NCBI GenBank assembly: GCA_002269645.1
Contig: NIVC01003167.1
Location: 1-64,000 of the forward strand
Direction: 5' to 3'
Length of the DNA: 64,000 bases
Source: Macrostomum lignano
Taxonomy: Eukaryota
In this document: positions 1-13,500 of the stretch, one piece after another
Position numbering within the stretch: the stretch's first letter is position 1
Layout: each line of letters starts with the position of its first letter
The notes under the pieces: model-generated
Told to the model about the DNA's origin: nothing
Database searches by the model: none
What the model saw: the letters and a program-made list of their open reading frames with translations, nothing else
Position numbers and translations under genes: made by a program

Positions 1-672
1 ATTGTGAATCAAATTACCTTCAGCAATAGCTACAGTATAGTAAGAAAATCTGGAACAGCTCAATTGAGAAGCATATGGAACACACGCGACGCTATAGCCT
101 CCTACACATAGCCGTGTGTAGAGTTGAAATCTTATACATTTCCCAATATCAAACACGGCATGGCGTGACTGCAGCTCCCATATCGGTCCGATAGAAGCTG
201 CAATAAGATAGCTAGACTGAGGATAGCCAAGCCCGATGTACTATTATCATTGAAGGCATCTCTGCAGCTGTGAACCGGAGTGAAGAACGTACCAGGTATA
301 AATATTTGTTTTCAAAGATATATTGGCCGGCTGCAAAACATAAATACAGTAGGCGGCGGCAAGGACCTTTTTAGAGACTTGGACTAGAATCCTATTCTGC
401 GAGCTTCAGACAAAATAACTCGCAGAATTCTAGTTTACTGTAAAGTGCTGTGATCAGTACTAGAAATCTATCGAGATCAAACTTGACACTGCATAATAAT
501 GCTTAGGTAAGCGCTATGCTTAAACCATTGTCCTAATTGTGGTTCAAGTTTATTACAAATAATAATTCACACCTTACATTGGGCATCTGCTCACCTTGTG
601 AACGGGCCACAGCTGTTTCCCTTTGCATATTAAAAACGTAAGATGAAGAGTATCTGTTTTTGAATAAATTTT

Positions 673-840
673 TGTTGTAGCCTTGTGATTAGAGCCTCGG
701 ACTCGCGACTGGAAGGTTGGGGGTTCGATTCCCGACCCACTCGGAAAATTTGTGTCCAAAAGCAAGACACTTACCTCTGCATTGCTTCAGTGCACGCAGC
801 TGTAAAATGGGTGCCAGTATCAGCTGGGGTAATTGAGGCT
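673..840 (+). mobile_element. tRNA-derived SINE, family A (CORE-like central domain)
   Basis: B box GGTTCGATTCC followed by GCAAGACACTTACCTCTGCATTGCTTCAG...CAGCTGTAAAATGGG; homologous to 14021-14190. Confidence 0.8.
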
Positions 841-1527
841 GTGTGTTTGTGAACGTCTTCAGCACAGGTACTCAATTCGGTTGACCAATTTAAGCGGCGA
901 TCGTGACGATGGAAGGGCAAGTGCTTGCACCATCGAATTTAATTAAGTTGAAAACAAATCCTGCACGTGCAGGTTAATTACTATCCATGAATTCAGATAT
1001 TTTTGACAAACAAAAGTAGCTCTGCTACAAACACCTGAGAGTGAGAAAAATATTTATAATTGCAAATTAATTTGAATCCTACAAATGTTGATTGCTGATT
1101 GAACGTCAATTCAGAAATTGCACAGCTTATGAATGAAACAGGGGTATCCATTGATGCGCAGACATTCAGTGCAGTGCGTGGGCGGCTTGTGGGACAATTG
1201 TTGCTTTGGCGCAGGTAATCCGCTGCAATAATTCCCTTTTATCAAAGCGAACATAAATTTTCTCTATAATCCACCGCAGAAGAAAAATGAAGATTTTAGT
1301 CAAAGCGGATTAGCTTGTGTTTAGCAGCTGGCTCATTTCAAGACTGTTTATTTGTATATAAAAACACAGAAAGCAATCTTTGAGAAAGGAATTTCGAGAA
1401 AATTCTGAGTCTTTATTTCATACCCCTTGTTCCTCAATGCCTATCAACTGCTGGAGTTATTGATTCAATTAATTTAAAAACAATATACATTCAACACCGC
1501 TGAAAATCTCCTTAAAAAGATAAGGAC

Positions 1528-2035
<508 letters not shown>

Positions 2036-2578
2036 ACAGCGGATCAGAACCAGAAAAGGCTCTGCATGAATAATGCATCAGGCCAGAAAAAGCCAGACTG
2101 CCTATTTCTGGAATACATTATGAGTCCAGGTGCCGGTTGATGCATTTCTGTCACACGTTCTGAAAGTCAACCTCCAAAAATGCTAGCCATCACGGGGACG
2201 CTACACTGCAGGACATTATTCCCAATTATGTGAACGTGGCAAAAGTGCATTGTAGCCCCTGCACCGGCAGTCCTGGTGCTTTATAGCCGTGTTTATTGAG
2301 CTCAAGCCACTAGCTGCTCGAAAATATTCAAGCTCGGCCTTGAGCATAAATTTTAGACTGTGACTGTGACAAGATGATGTAGAGGCAATAACACAGCTTC
2401 ACTGCTTGCACAGAAGAGGTCACTTGAGGCCGCGAAGAGGACTCGAATTTGCGACTGGGGATTTTCCAGCCTTTAGCGACTTCTAGGCCACTATTGTGGC
2501 TCTGGAATTAGACTCTGGATTGGGAACTGCAATCTGAGGCCTTGGAGTTCCAGCCTATGCATCTGGTTAGAAAAACGA

Positions 2579-3600
2579 GGTCTCACCCTATCTCATCCCG
2601 TCTCACTCTGTCTCTCCATGTCTCCACCTGTCTCTCTCTGCCTCTCCCTGTCTCTCCCTGTCTCCCCCTGTCTCTCTCTGCCTCTCCCTGTCTCCACCTG
2701 TCTTTCTCTGCCTCTCCCTGTCTCTCTCTGCCTCTCCCTGTCTCTCCCTGTCTCTCTCTGCCTCTCCCTGTCTCTCTCTGCCTCTCTCTGTCTCTCTCTG
2801 CCTCTCCCTGTCTCACCCTGTCTCCCTCTGCCTCTCCCTGTCTCTCCCTGTCTCTCTCTGCCTCTCCCTGTCTCTCCCTGTCTCACCCTGTCTCTCCCTG
2901 TCTCTCCCTGTCTCTCTCTGCCTCTCCCTGTCTCTCTCTGCCTCTCCCTGTCTCACCCTGTCTCTCCCTGTCTCACCCTGTCTCTCCCTGTCTCCCTCTG
3001 CCTCTCCCTGTCTCCCCTGTCTCTCCCTGTCTCTCTCTGCCTCTCCCTGTCTCTCCCTGTCTCTCTCTGCCTCTCCCTGTTTCTCTCTGCCTCTCCCTGC
3101 CTCTCTCTGCCTCTCCCTGTCTCTCTCTGCCTCTCCCTCTGTCTCTCCCTGTCTCCCCCTGTCTTCTCTCCCTGTCTCACCCTGTCTCTCCCTGTCTCTC
3201 ACTGCATCTCCCTTTCTCCACCTGCCTCTCCCTGTCTCCCCTGTCTCTCCCTGTCTCTCTCTGCCTCTCCCTGTCTCTCCCTGTCTCTCTCTGCCTCTCC
3301 CTGTCTCGCCCTGTCTCTCTCTGCCTCTCCCTGTCTCTCTCTGCCTCTCCCTGCCTCTCTCTGCCTCTCCCTGTCTCTCTCTGCCTCTCCCTCTGTCTCT
3401 CCCTGTCTCCCCCTGTCTTCTCTCCCTGTCTCACCCTGTCTCTCCCTGTCTCTCACTGCATCTCCCTTTCTCCACCTGCCTCTCCCTGTCTCCCCCCCCC
3501 CCCAGTCTCAGTATTTCATCTCTCCCAATCCCCTTCCACTGCTCTCCCTCTTTCGCACTCTCTCCGCCTCTCTTCCCGTTACTCCCGACCTTCTCTGTCA
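2579..3600. repeat. Pyrimidine-rich ~10-bp minisatellite (CTCTCCCTGT/CTCTCTCTGC)
   Basis: Direct reading. Confidence 0.97.
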
Positions 3601-4102
3601 TAAAATCGCAACACTATTCTTCATATAATCTTCCTCAATCCCTGGCAGTCTGCATCCCATTCCTGTCTCTATGTGGCCATCGCTCCCAGCATCACCGCAA
3701 AAAAACCAAACAGGATGAAGACTCGAGGTCCATGCAGATGATCGATCGATTGGTGGTCCCCGAAATCTTACTTGTCCCGAGCCTGAGCTTACACCATAGC
3801 CTAATAGAAAGTCAATAGAGAAATTGCTATTTATATTTCGGGTTGGCAAGCAGCGTAACATTTTGCAAGCGTCGTATTGTGCTCGAACTTCTCAAAAGTT
3901 GACGAGTGCAAAATGTGAGAGGCTTCGTTAAATTTCGTATCGCTTGAAATAATGTGCAGAAGCCCAAATAGTGTCGCATGAGTCCATTTCCACCTGTTAG
4001 ATTTAACTAATCCCCGTAATTATAAATTTGTAGGGTCGCTTTTCCTAGTCAGTTTAGAATAGTTTGCTAAGCTATAAATATTTTACGTCAAATATAGAGA
4101 CA

Positions 4103-5048
4103 CAGCTATCTACAGCCTGTTTATGATGCCGTATATTGTGAATGGGAGCTATCTACAGTCTGTTTTTGATGCTGTATATTGTGAATGGAAGCTATCTACA
4201 GCCTGTTTTTGATGCTTTAGTTTGTGAATGGAAGCTATCTACAGCCTGTTTTTGATGCTGTATATTGTGAATGGAAGCTATCTACAGCCTGTTTTTGATG
4301 CTGTAGTTTGTGAATGGAAGCTATCTACAGCCTGTTTATGATGCTGTATATTGTGAATGGGAGCTATCTACAGCCTGTTTATGATGCCGTATATTGTGAA
4401 TGGGAGCTATCTACAGCCTGTTTATGATGCCGTATATTGTGAATGGGAGCTATCTACAGTCTGTTTTTGATGCTGTATATTGTGAATGGGAGCTATCTAC
4501 AGCCTGTTTTTGATGCTTTAGTTTGTGAATGGAAGCTATCTACAGCCTGTTTATGATGCCGTATATTGTGAATGGGAGCTATCTACAGTCTGTTTTTGAT
4601 GCTGTATATTGTGAATGGGAGCTATCTACAGCCTGTTTTTGATGCTGTATATTGTGAATGGAAGCTATCTACAGCCTGTTTTTGATGCTTTAGTTTGTGA
4701 ATGGAAGCTATCTACAGCCTGTTTTTGATGCTGTATATTGTGAATGGAAGCTATCTACAGTTTGTTTATGATGCTGTATATTGTGAATGGGAGCTATCTA
4801 CAGTCTGTTTTTGATGCTGTATATTGTGAATGGGAGCTATCTACAGTGTTTTTGATGCTGTATATTGTGAATGGGAGCTATCTACAGCTGTTTTTGATGC
4901 TGTATATTGTGAATGGGAGCTATCTACAGCCTGTTTTTGATGCTGTATATTGTGAATGGGAGCTATCTACAGCCTGTTTTTGATGCTGTATATTGTGAAT
5001 GGAAGCTATCTACAGCCTGTTTTTGATGCTGTAGTTTGTGAATAGGAG
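4103..5048. repeat. 43-bp tandem repeat, ~22 copies
   Basis: GCTATCTACAGCCTGTTTTTGATGCTGTATATTGTGAATGGGA; units start at 4105, 4148, 4191. Confidence 0.97.
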
Positions 5049-5436
5049 CTTCTGTTTAAAAATTCACCGTTAATGAGTGACGACGATGTAAGTAGTATTC
5101 TAAGCGCTTTTACCAGTGCTTAGAAAAATAAATGAGAAAACAGGAAAAATTTTTTGCTAAACAACATTGTGAACAATACGGTCGTATTAATTAAAACAAA
5201 TCGATACGAATGCGTAGAAAGTTTATTTTGTCAGTTTTTGCTATAATTTTAACGTTTCTGTTTTTTATATTATATACGGTAAAAACTATAAAGTTTTCGT
5301 GCGTGCAATGAGACCACCATGAAATGTTTAAAAACTACGAAGTATGCATATCTAAAGGTGCAACATGGTCCGCTTAATGTTGGAAAACACTTTTTGAAGA
5401 GGCTTTGGAGGCGATTCTTAGAGGGCTTAGATGGCG

Positions 5437-6085
5437 GACTGAGGGGTGATTCTTAGAGAGGCTGAGGGGTGATTCTTAGAGAGGCTGAGGGGTGATTCTT
5501 AGAGAGGCTGAGGGGTGATTCTTAGAGAGGCTGAGGGGCGATTCTTAGGGAGACTTAGGGGCGATTCTTGGGCCAGACTGAGGGGCGATTTTTAGGGGAG
5601 ACTTAGGGGCGATTCTTAGGGAGACTTAGGGGCGATTCTTAGGCCAGACTGAGGGGCGATTCTTAGAGAGGCTCAGGGCGATTCTTAGAGAGGCTGAGGG
5701 GCGATTCTTAGGGTGACTTAGGGGCGATTCTTAAAGAGACTTAGGGGCGATTCTTAGGCCAGACTGAGGGGCGATTCTTAGGGAGACTTAGGGGCGATTC
5801 TTAGGCCAGACTGAGGGGCGATTCTTAGGCCAGACTGAGGGGCGATTCTTAGAGAGGCTCAGGGGCGATTCTTAGAGAGGCTGAGAGGCGATTCTTGGGT
5901 CAGACTTAGGGGCGATTCTTGGGTCAGACTGAGGGGCGATTTTTAGGGAGACTTAGGGGCGATTTTTAGAGAGGCTTAGGAGTGATTCTTAGAGAGGCTG
6001 AGGGGCGATTCTTAGGCGAGGTTTAGGGGCGATTCTTAGGGAGACTTAGGGCGATTTTTAGAGAGGCTGAGGACTAATTCTTAGG
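5437..6085. repeat. 23-bp tandem repeat
   Basis: GAGGGGCGATTCTTAGAGAGGCT and variants. Confidence 0.95.
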
Positions 6086-6561
6086 ATTCGTAGAGTTTTA
6101 GAGGCGAGTCTTACGCGACGCTTTGGACGAACCGCAGGTAGAATTATAAATCAAATTAATCTTTTACATAAACTTAAATAAAAACTAACTACTAACTAAT
6201 GACTACTTTTAGAAGTTTTGTTTAACTTTTATCGCATTAGTGCAGACAGGAACCGATTGATAGTAGCTTTTTCTGTACACAACACTACTAAACAGTTGTT
6301 GCCTGGGAGAAAATCATATATTGAGGTACTCATTCTTAGAATTGTGCGGTTTGTTTAAAATTTGTGTAATACTTGTTACAGTAGCTACACGGGCGCTTTG
6401 TGGTTTTTTAATTGATATGCACGTAAAAAAATAAACAACATTTTCTATCATGAGGAACTGCATGAGTTCTCTGATCACTAGGGAAGTTGTAGGGCATGCT
6501 ACTAAGAGGAGCGGATTAGAGATTTGATTAGGTTTTCCAATTCCAGAGTTTCAGGAGAGCT

Positions 6562-7475
6562 GATAGGGTGTCAGAAAAGTTGTTAGGGTGTCAGGAAATT
6601 CGGTAGGGTGTCAGAAGAGATAGTAGGGTGTCAGAAAAGTTAGTAGGGTGTCAGGAAAATTGATAGGGTGTCAGGAAATTTGGTAAGGTGTCAGAAAGTT
6701 TGGTAGGGTGTCAGAAAGTTTGGTAGGGTGTCAGAAAGTTTGGTAGGGTGTCAGAAAGTTTGGTAGGGTGTCAGAAAGTTTGGTAGGGTGTCAGAAAGTT
6801 TGGTAGGGTGTCAGAAAGTTTGGTAGGGTGTCAGAAAGTTTGGTAGGGTGTCAGAAAGTTTGGTAGGGTGTCAGAAAGTTTGGTAGGGTGTCAGAAAGTT
6901 TGGTAGGGTGTCAGAAAGTTTGGTAAGGTGTCAGAAAGTTTGGTAGGGTGTCAGAAAGTTTGGTAGGGTGTCAGAAAGTTTGGTGGGGTGTCAGAAAGTT
7001 TGGTAGGGTGTCAGAAAGTTGGTGTCAGGAAAGTTGGTTGGTAGGGTGTCATGAAAATTGGTAGGGTGTCAGGAAAGATGGTAGGGTGTCAGGAAAGATG
7101 GTAGGGTGTCAGGAAAGATGGTAGGGTGTCAGGAAAGATGGTAGGGTGTCATGAAATTTGGTAGGGTGTCAGGAACTTTGGTAGGGTCTCGGGAAAGATG
7201 TTAGGGTGTCAGGAAGTTTGGTGGGTGTCAGAAACTTCAGTAGGGTGTCATGAAAATTGATAGGGTGTCATGAAAATTGGAAGGGTGTCAGGAAAGTTGG
7301 TAGGGTGTCAGGAAAGATGGTAGGGTGTCAGGAAAGATGGTAGGGTGTCATGAAATTTGGTAGGGTGTCAGGAAAGTTGGTAGGGTGTCAGGAAAGTTGG
7401 TAGGGTGTCATGAAATTTGGTAGGGTGTCAGGAAAGATGGTAGGGTGTCATGAAATTTGGTAGGGTGTCAGGAAA
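6562..7475. repeat. 20-bp tandem repeat
   Basis: TGGTAGGGTGTCAGAAAGTT; homogeneous core with divergent flanks. Confidence 0.97.
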
Positions 7476-7548
7476 TACTTTGTCATCGTCAGAGGTTTCT
7501 CATATTTTCTGTCTTGCCGTTCACAGTCCAAACATTTTGCCGCAATCC

Positions 7549-10500
7549 TCAACCGTCGCCGGCCAGCGCGCGATCCAGCAGTCCAGACGGCGAGCTTCCG
7601 GCTACTCCGACTGTCATCGTTCCGTTTCCTAGAATGTTCATTCGCTGTTGCTCCAGCCGAGGATCCACTTGTGGAATGTCCGTCATCGTTCGGACAAGAA
7701 TAGAGCCGGCCAGAAGGCCGAGAGTGGCCAAGGCGGCCAAAATTTTTCGACGAATCCGCTGTCGCCGGCGCTGCTGCTTCATCTGGAACGGCCAGTCGGC
7801 TGTGGAGGCTGTGGAGACGGTGGACTGGCGGTGGCACCTGCCGCCGGTTGGCTCTGTCACCGACATGGAGTTCATCTCGACGGCTCCTTCGTCTGAGCAG
7901 TTGTTGTTGTTTTTTTGAGAAGGGGAGAGCAGTGGGGGATCCAGGTTCAGGTTGGCCGATTGGCATTTACATTTTTAGTTTTTGGTATTCGGGTAAAACT
8001 TCGGGTCCCGTCAATGCTAGTTCCGCTTTTGCCTTTTTAAGAAAAAGCTACACTCATTAAAATTCTACTTCCGGTTCGTAGGAAATGCTTAGGGTCTGTC
8101 TAATTCTACTTCCGGTTCGTAGGAAATGCTTAGGGTCTGTCTAATTCTACTTCCGGTTCGTAGGAAATGCTTAGGGTCTGTCCAATTCTACTTCCGGTTC
8201 GTAGGAAATGCTTAGGGTCTGTCAAATTCTACTTCCGGTTCGTAGGAAATGCTTAGGGTCTGTCTAATTCTACTTCCGGTTCGTAGGAAATGCTTAGGGT
8301 CTGTCCAATTCTACTTCCGGTTCGTAGGAAATGCTTAGGGTCTGTCAAATTCTACTTCCGGTTCGTAGGAAATGCTTAGGGTCTGTCTAATTCTACTTCC
8401 GGTTCGTAGGAAATGCTTAGGGTCTGTCTAATTCTACTTCCGGTTCGTAGGAAATGATGTACGTCTTCTTGATTCTATTTCCGGTTTGTAGGGAATGATT
8501 TGGGTCTGCTAAATTTCACTTCCGGTTGGTGGGAGTAAGAGTAAGAGACACATATACTAGTTTTAATTATTTTTCTAAAGGCGAAAACTAGAATCACTTA
8601 TTTTCTGTAAAAGCTCCTAAACCAATTGAGATAGCTTTCTTTAAATAACAATATCATAACTGTTCAAAAACGCCAACCTGAATTGCCAGTAAAGTTGTTG
8701 CGCGGCTGCAGCAGACTGGTTTCGCACTCGGTTTCAGCCTTGAGTTGCAAAGTCAAACGAAGAAGCCAGCTTATTTAAAATGAAACATATTTACAAATCT
8801 ATACTAGCGATTGCACTTTTATAACCTGTAGTCTCACAACTTTAGCATAGAAATACACCTCAAGCTACGGCCGACCAGACTAATCACGTGACTGCCTCAC
8901 CCCAGCCTGGATACCTGTACATATGCCTATCAAGCCACAGACAATTAAATCAAATCACGTGACCACTTTAGACATCCACTCCAAACCACAGCCAATCAAA
9001 TCAAATCACGTGACTAACTCAGACATCCACCCAATCCACAGACAATCAAATCAAATCACGTGACTACATCAGAAAACCACCCCAAACCACAGCCAATCAA
9101 ATCAAATCACGTGACTAAGTCAGACAACCACCCAAACCACAGCCAATCAAATCAAATCACGTGACTAAGTCAGACAACCACCCCAAACAACAGCCAATCG
9201 AATCAATTCACACCCTGGATGAACTATTAAAACGCAAGAAAGCTTATCTCACCGCCAATCTGGCCTGTTCTTCCCAGTCGGTTCGGTGCACCAGAATGAA
9301 ATAGACCAAACTGAGGAAGCTGAGCCCTAATATCATGCCAATCCAGATGCCCTTTATCTGCAGACCGGCCGCAAACTCCAAAACTATTCCGCTGGGCAAA
9401 GCGATGAGATAAAAGCCGACAAAGATGAGAGCGGCGGCGATTTTGTGCCTGGCGCAGCCACGGAGCACGCCGCATAGGACTGCCTGCGGTTGGGTGCAGA
9501 GTAATATGCGGGATTTATTGCGCTGATGTGGAAATCGTCCTGGTTAGATCAAGGTTCTTAATTAGTCAGAATAACCTCAATTCTACTTCCGGCTTCATAT
9601 GGGAGAATTTAAATTATCTTCGGTTCTACTTCCGGTTTCCTATGGGATAATTCAGATTAACCTCAGTTCTGCTTCCGGTTTCCCATGGAAGAAGTTCGAT
9701 TAATCAGATTTCTGTTTCCGGTGTACTTACAGAGGCAGCATCGACCAGTTGCATTGGAAGCAAAATGTACAAGCATTCCCCAGCAACCCGAGCAATGTCC
9801 CTGAAACATAGAGCGTGATTTTTTTTAATAAATTCTCAAAATTATCATCATAATGGATTTCCAAATAAAAACTATGAGAACTTTTTATTAACTTACGGAT
9901 TTGAAGTAAAAATGTAGGGAACTTTGCGACCAAAAAGTCCCAGTATGAGCATTATAATTAGAGAAAATGTGGCTGAAAATTGGTTTGACAATTAATTTCA
10001 AGTGAAAATGAGCTTATGTCTATGAACAGATACAGCATGTCTATGACCAGATGTCTATGACCAGATACTGCATGTCTTTGACCAGATACTGCATGTCTAC
10101 GACCAGATGTCTATGACCAGATACTGTATGTCTATGACCAGATACTGTATGTCTATGACCAGATACTGTATGTCTATGACCAGATACTGCATGTCTATGA
10201 CCAGATACTGCATGTCTATGACCAGATACTGCATGTCTATGACCAGATATACTGCATGTCTATGATCAGATACTGCATGTCTATGACCAGATATACTGCA
10301 TGTCTATGACCACAGATACTGCATTTCTATGATCAGATATTGCATGTCTATGACCACAGATACTGCATGTCTATGATCAGATATTGCATGTCTATGACCA
10401 GATACTGTATGTCTATGACCAGATACTGTATGTCTATGACCAGATACTGTATGTCTATGACCAGATACTGCAGTCTATGACCACAGATACTGCATTTCTA

Positions 10501-13500
10501 TGATCAGATATTGCATGTCTATGACCACAGATACTGCATGTCTATGATCAGATATTGCATGTCTATGACCAGATACTGTATGTCTATGACCAGATACTGT
10601 ATGTCTATGACCAGATACTGTATGTCTATGACCAGATACTGCAGTCTATGACCACAGATACTGCATTTCTATGATCAGATATTGCATGTCTATGACCAGA
10701 TACTGCAGTATATGACCAGATACTGCAGTCTATGACCAGATACTGCAGTCTATGACCAGATACTGCAGTCTATGATCGACGTTGACCCAAAAATAAAAAA
10801 TACCTCCTATAAATCTACCAGCCATCCAGGTACAAAATCCACTCATAAGTGATCAATATGCACAATACTCACTTCCTATGAGCATACCAAGCCTGTATGA
10901 CCGTTTAGCCAAGCTGTGGTCACCGGCGCCCAGCGATCGAGCCACTCGAATGCTCACTGCAATGCCGAGACTGGCCGGAATCTGCGAAGGAAAGTTTATA
11001 ACTGGCAGTAATTAGTCTTCAAGTTGACATCTGCAGCACCTCACAACCAGATGGTGTTGTCTCCTAGTTTGGTAAATTTACAATCTTGTTTTTTCCCTGA
11101 CCGCAGTTACCCATGGGTCTTGAAATCTGATCAAGTTTCAACTAGACTCTTGGAGTGTACGAAAATCAATACATATTTAAACGCATGAAGACAGCACGAA
11201 CAAAGATATACTTTGGTGGAGTAATACAGAAACTGAGAGACATCATGGAGAATAAAAGACGCCATGACACACTGAACAGAAAGGCACACAAAAACGACCA
11301 CAGAAACACAAAAACTGGAGACGGACGCAAAGATACACTAGGACAGGCACTGCAGACACAAATAAACTAGGACAGGCTGTAGACGCAAAGATACACTAGG
11401 ACAGGAACTACAGACACAAAGACACACTAGGACATACAATACAGACATAAGACACACTAGGACAGGAACTACAGACACAAAGACGCACTAGGACAGAAAG
11501 TACAGACATAATGACACACTAGGACAGGCAATACAGACACAAAGACGCATTAGGACAGGAACTACAGACATAATGACACACTAGGACAGGAACTACAGCC
11601 ACAAAGACACACTAGGACATACAATACAGACATAAGACACACTAGGACAGGCAATACAGACATAAGACACACTAGGACAGGCAATACAGACATAAGACAC
11701 ACTAGGACAGGCAATACAGACATAAGACACACTAGGACAGGCAATACAGACACAAAGACGCATTAGGACAGGAACTACAGACATAATGACACACTAGGAC
11801 AGGAACTACAGCCACAAAGACACACTAGGACATACAATACAGACATAAGACACACTAGGACAGGCAATACAGACATAAGACACACTAGGACAGGCAATAC
11901 AGACATAAGACACACTAGGACAGGCAATACAGACATAATGACACACTAGGACAGGAACTACAGACACAAAGACACAATAGGACAGGAACTACAGACACAA
12001 TGACACACTAGGACAGGAACTACAGACATAATGACACACTAGGACAGGAACTACAGACATAAAGACACACTAGGACAGGCACTACAGATATAAAGACACA
12101 CTAGGACAGGAACTACAGACACAAAGACACACTAGGACAGGAACTACAGACATAATGACACAATAGGACAGGCACTACAGATATAAAGACACACTAGGAC
12201 AGGAACTACAGACACAATGACACACTAGGACAGGAACTACAGACACAAAGACACAATAGGACAGGAACTACAGACATAAAGACACAATAGGACAGGAACT
12301 ACAGACATAAAGACACACTAGGACAGGAACTACAGACATAATGACACACTAGGACAGGAACTACAGACATAAAGACACACTAGGACAGGCACTACAGATA
12401 TAAAGACACACTAGGACAGGAACTACAGACATAATGACACAATAGGACAGGCACTACAGACACAAAGACACAATAGGACAGGAACTACAGACATAATGAC
12501 ACAATAGGACAGGAACTACAGACATAATAACACACTAGGACAGGAACTACAATACAATACAATACAATAAATACAATGGCCACCGGCCACAAGTGGTCAG
12601 GAAAGGGGGGACATTGTCAAAAAGCACGCTTAGCTGCGCAGTCTCTGATGAAGGTAGCGCCATTGATCTGATCAGGCGCCCTGGCGTCTTCTGTCAGACA
12701 GTCGACGAACCTCCGGGTCCGCGCCTGCCCCCGCCGGAACGGGCCCTGCTGCGTGTACAGCAAGACCTCCTGCAGCGGCTCCGGGCAGTAGGACTCGGCG
12801 CGAATGACGTGGCCCGCCAGCTTCAGGCGGCGCTGTCGCAGGGTCACGCTGGGAGGGCTCAGCTTGGCCCGCTGGTAGAGAGCCTGGTTGGTGACGTGTT
12901 CGGCGTGACGGTGCACGCTGAAGGCAGCGCGCAGCAGGCTGGAGTGCGCCGCGTCCAGCTGGCGCTCCAGCACATCCGTCATGGTCCAGGTCTCGGCGTT
13001 GTAGAAGAGCACCGTTTGCACCACCGCCTGGAACAGTCTGGTTCTCAGCTGGTCTGGCAGGGCGTCGCTTTGGAGCACGATGCGCACTGAGCGGAAAGCC
13101 GCCCACGCAAGCCCTCTGCGACGCCGCAGGTCCTCCTGGACGCTGGGCACGAGACCACCAAGGTACCGGAACTGCTCACATCGGGGGAGCGGTGCTGCCG
13201 TTGCGCTGTCCATGCTGGGAAGGCGGATGACCGCTGGCAGATCGGCTGGCACAGTCAGGACCTCCGTCTTCTTGGCGTTGATCTTAAGGCCAACCTTCGC
13301 AGCGGCAGCAGCTAGGCCGTCGAGGAGGCGTTGAGCACCAGCAGCAGTGGATGCCAGCAGGGCGAGGTCATCAGCATATCCGGACGGCTACATCCTATGC
13401 AGGCGAACGAGCAGCCGGCACCCGGAGAAGCGGCTGGCAGTCCTCGGATATGCTGACAGGAACTACAGACATAAAGACACAATAGGACAGGAACTACAGA

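Noticed and set aside
5437-6085. Telomere-like TTAGG(G) motifs in the 23-bp and 41-bp repeats
   Set aside because: One motif per longer unit and no (TTAGGG)n run, so this is not an interstitial telomere.
7893-8032. Apparent 1-nt frameshift in the last MATE exon (AKAELAL...KLKM* versus the TM13 frame)
   Set aside because: A phase-compatible exon at 8678-8738 joined to the acceptor at 7893 gives a complete ORF without a frameshift. An alternative terminal exon at 8032 remains possible but is unsupported.
4103-8530. CRISPR-like appearance of the 43-, 23-, 20- and 41-bp arrays
   Set aside because: The units are head-to-tail with no unique spacers, there are no cas genes, and the context is eukaryotic.
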